Made by a program: the position numbers and the translations under genes. From Macrostomum lignano (lineage: Eukaryota): a stretch of DNA of 64,000 bases. Below the pieces are notes generated by a model. That model saw nothing but the letters and a program-made list of their open reading frames with translations, searched no databases and was not told the DNA's origin. This document shows, in pieces, positions 61,601 to 64,000 of the stretch. The stretch covers positions 166,446-230,445 of the forward strand of contig NIVC01001564.1 of assembly GCA_002269645.1 (NCBI GenBank). Direction: 5' to 3'. Numbering within the stretch: position 1 is the first letter of the stretch; each line of letters starts with the position of its first letter.

Positions 61601-64000
61601 TTCTAGGAATCTCCGCTTTTGAATATCTGGAAAGCTGATTAGGCTAGAGATCCGATTCTTTCTGCAAAAGACACCGACTGGGGTGCTCTAATTATCTGTA
61701 GAGTCTCATATCTGAATCTACAGATACAGCTTGGCAGTTGCTGATTGATTTTTTTGGCTTTCCCTATTAAAATACATTAGAATTTCTAGGAATCTCCGCT
61801 TTTGAATATCTGGAAAGCTGATTAGGCTAGAGATCCGATTCTTTCTGCAAAAGACACCGACTGGGGTGCTCTAATTATCTGTAGAGTCTCATATCTGAAT
61901 CTACAGATACAGCTTGGCAGTTGCTGATTGATTTTTTTGGCTTTCCCTATTAAAATACATTAGAATTTCTAGGAATCTCCGCTTTTGAATATCTGGAAAG
62001 CTGATTAGGCTAGAGATCCGATTCTTTCTGCAAAAGACACCGACTGGGGTGCTCTAATTATCTGTAGAGTCTCATATCTGAATCTACAGATACAGCTTGG
62101 CAGTTGCTGATTGATTTTTTTGGCTTTCCCTATTAAAATACATTAGAATTTCTAGGAATCTCCGCTTTTGAATATCTGGAAAGCTGATTAGGCTAGAGAT
62201 CCGATTCTTTCTGCAAAAGACACCGACTGGGGTGCTCTAATTATCTGTAGAGTCTCATATCTGAATCTACAGATACAGCTTGGCAGTTGCTGATTGATTT
62301 TTTTGGCTTTCCCTATTAAAATACATTAGAATTTCTAGGAATCTCCGCTTTTGAATATCTGGAAAGCTGATTAGGCTAGAGATCCGATTCTTTCTGCAAA
62401 AGACACCGACTGGGGTGCTCTAATTATCTGTAGAGTCTCATATCTGAATCTACAGATACAGCTTGGCAGTTGCTGATTGATTTTTTGGCTTTCCCTATTA
62501 AAATACATTAGAATTTCTAGGAATCTCCGCTTTTGAATATCTGGAAAGCTGATTAGGCTAGAGATCCGATTCTTTCTGCAAAAGACACCGACTGGGGTGC
62601 TCTAATTATCTGTAGAGTCTCATATCTGAATCTACAGATACAGCTTGGCAGTTGCTGATTGATTTTTTTGGCTTTCCCTATTAAAATACATTAGAATTTC
62701 TAGGAATCTCCGCTTTTGAATATCTGGAAAGCTGATTAGGCTAGAGATCCGATTCTTTCTGCAAAAGACACCGACTGGGGTGCTCTAATTATCTGTAGAG
62801 TCTCATATCTGAATCTACAGATACAGCTTGGCAGTTGCTGATTGATTTTTTTGGCTTTCCCTATTAAAATACATTAGAATTTCTAGGAATCTCCGCTTTT
62901 GAATATCTGGAAAGCTGATTAGGCTAGAGATCCGATTCTTTCTGCAAAAGACACCGACTGGGTGCTCTAATTATCTGTAGAGTCTCATATCTGAATCTAC
63001 AGATACAGCTTGGCAGTTGCTGATTGATTTTTTTGGCTTTCCCTATTAAAATACATTAGAATTTCTAGGAATCTCCGCTTTTGAATATCTGGAAAGCTGA
63101 TTAGGCTAGAGATCCGATTCTTTCTGCAAAAGACACCGACTGGGGTGCTCTAATTATCTGTAGAGTCTCATATCTGAATCTACAGATACAGCTTGGCAGT
63201 TGCTGATTGATTTTTTTGGCTTTCCCTATTAAATACATTAGAATTTCTAGGAATCTCCGCTTTTGAATATCTGGAAAGCTGATTAGGCTAGAGATCCGAT
63301 TCTTTCTGCAAAAGACACCGACTGGGTGCTCTAATTATCTGTAGAGTCTCATATCTGAATCTACAGATACAGCTTGGCAGTTGCTGATTGATTTTTTTGG
63401 CTTTCCCTATTAAAATACATTAGAATTTCTAGGAATCTCCTTTTGAATATCTGGAAAGCTGATTAGGCTAGAGATCCGATTCTTTCTGCAAAAGACACCG
63501 ACTGGGGTGCTCTAATTATCTGTAGAGTCTCATATCTGAATCTACAGATACAGCTTGGCAGTTGCTGATTGATTTTTTGGCTTTCCCTATTAAAATACAT
63601 TAGAATTTCTAGGAATCTCCGCTTTTGAATATCTGGAAAGCTGATTAGGCTAGAGATCCGATTCTTTCTGCAAAAGACACCGACTGGGGTGCTCTAATTA
63701 TCTGTAGAGTCTCATATCTGAATCTACAGATACAGCTTGGCAGTTGCTGATTGATTTTTTGGCTTTCCCTATTAAAATACATTAGAATTTCTAGGAATCT
63801 CCGCTTTTGAATACTGGAAAGCTGATTAGGCTAGAGATCCGATTCTTTCTGCAAAAGACACCGACTGGGTGCTCTAATTATCTGTAGAGTCTCATATCTG
63901 AATCTACAGATACAGCTTGGCAGTTGCTGATTGATTTTTTTGGCTTTCCCTATTAAAATACATTAGAATTTCTAGGAATCTCCGCTTTGAATATCTGGAA
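58685..64000. repeat. 183-bp tandem satellite, ~29 near-identical units, runs off the window end
   Basis: tatctggaaagctgattagg recurs at 58698, 58881 and 59064 (period 183). Differences seen are mostly 1-2-bp deletions in later units. Confidence 0.98.

Noticed and set aside
58685-64000. CRISPR-like appearance of this and other regular arrays
   Set aside because: Units are contiguous with no unique spacers, there are no cas genes, and the context is eukaryotic.

Overview
Repeat-rich animal genomic DNA with spliceosomal introns, GC-rich exons and minisatellite-filled introns. The style resembles a free-living flatworm such as Macrostomum, but that is inference only. Most ORF-track entries are artefacts of simple repeats. 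Host genes supported by the sequence: (1) an intronless TRAF (minus, 28066-29715) whose RING has the Cys/His ligand pair swapped; (2) a 3-exon coiled-coil gene of unknown family (minus, 32426-35247); (3) the first two exons of an N-terminally acylated, globin-X-like globin (plus, 44096-44352 and 49595-49825), with exon 3 not found; (4) a 5-exon DUF4806-like gene with a continuous reading frame (minus, 54012-57298). Mobile DNA: a near-intact Gypsy pol whose 5' end is joined in frame to the catalytic half of a DIRS/Ngaro tyrosine recombinase; the rest of that Ngaro copy; a second, head-to-head Ngaro copy with SAP and CCCH motifs in gag; two hAT MITEs with 8-bp TSDs; a CpG-depleted mariner fossil; and a tRNA-derived SINE-like element. 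Structural features: a ~5.02-kb tandem duplication with a templated junction insert, more than 15 distinct minisatellite or microsatellite arrays, and a near-homogeneous 183-bp satellite running off the right end. Several 1-bp deletions look like long-read consensus errors. All comparisons were made by eye; no database search was run.
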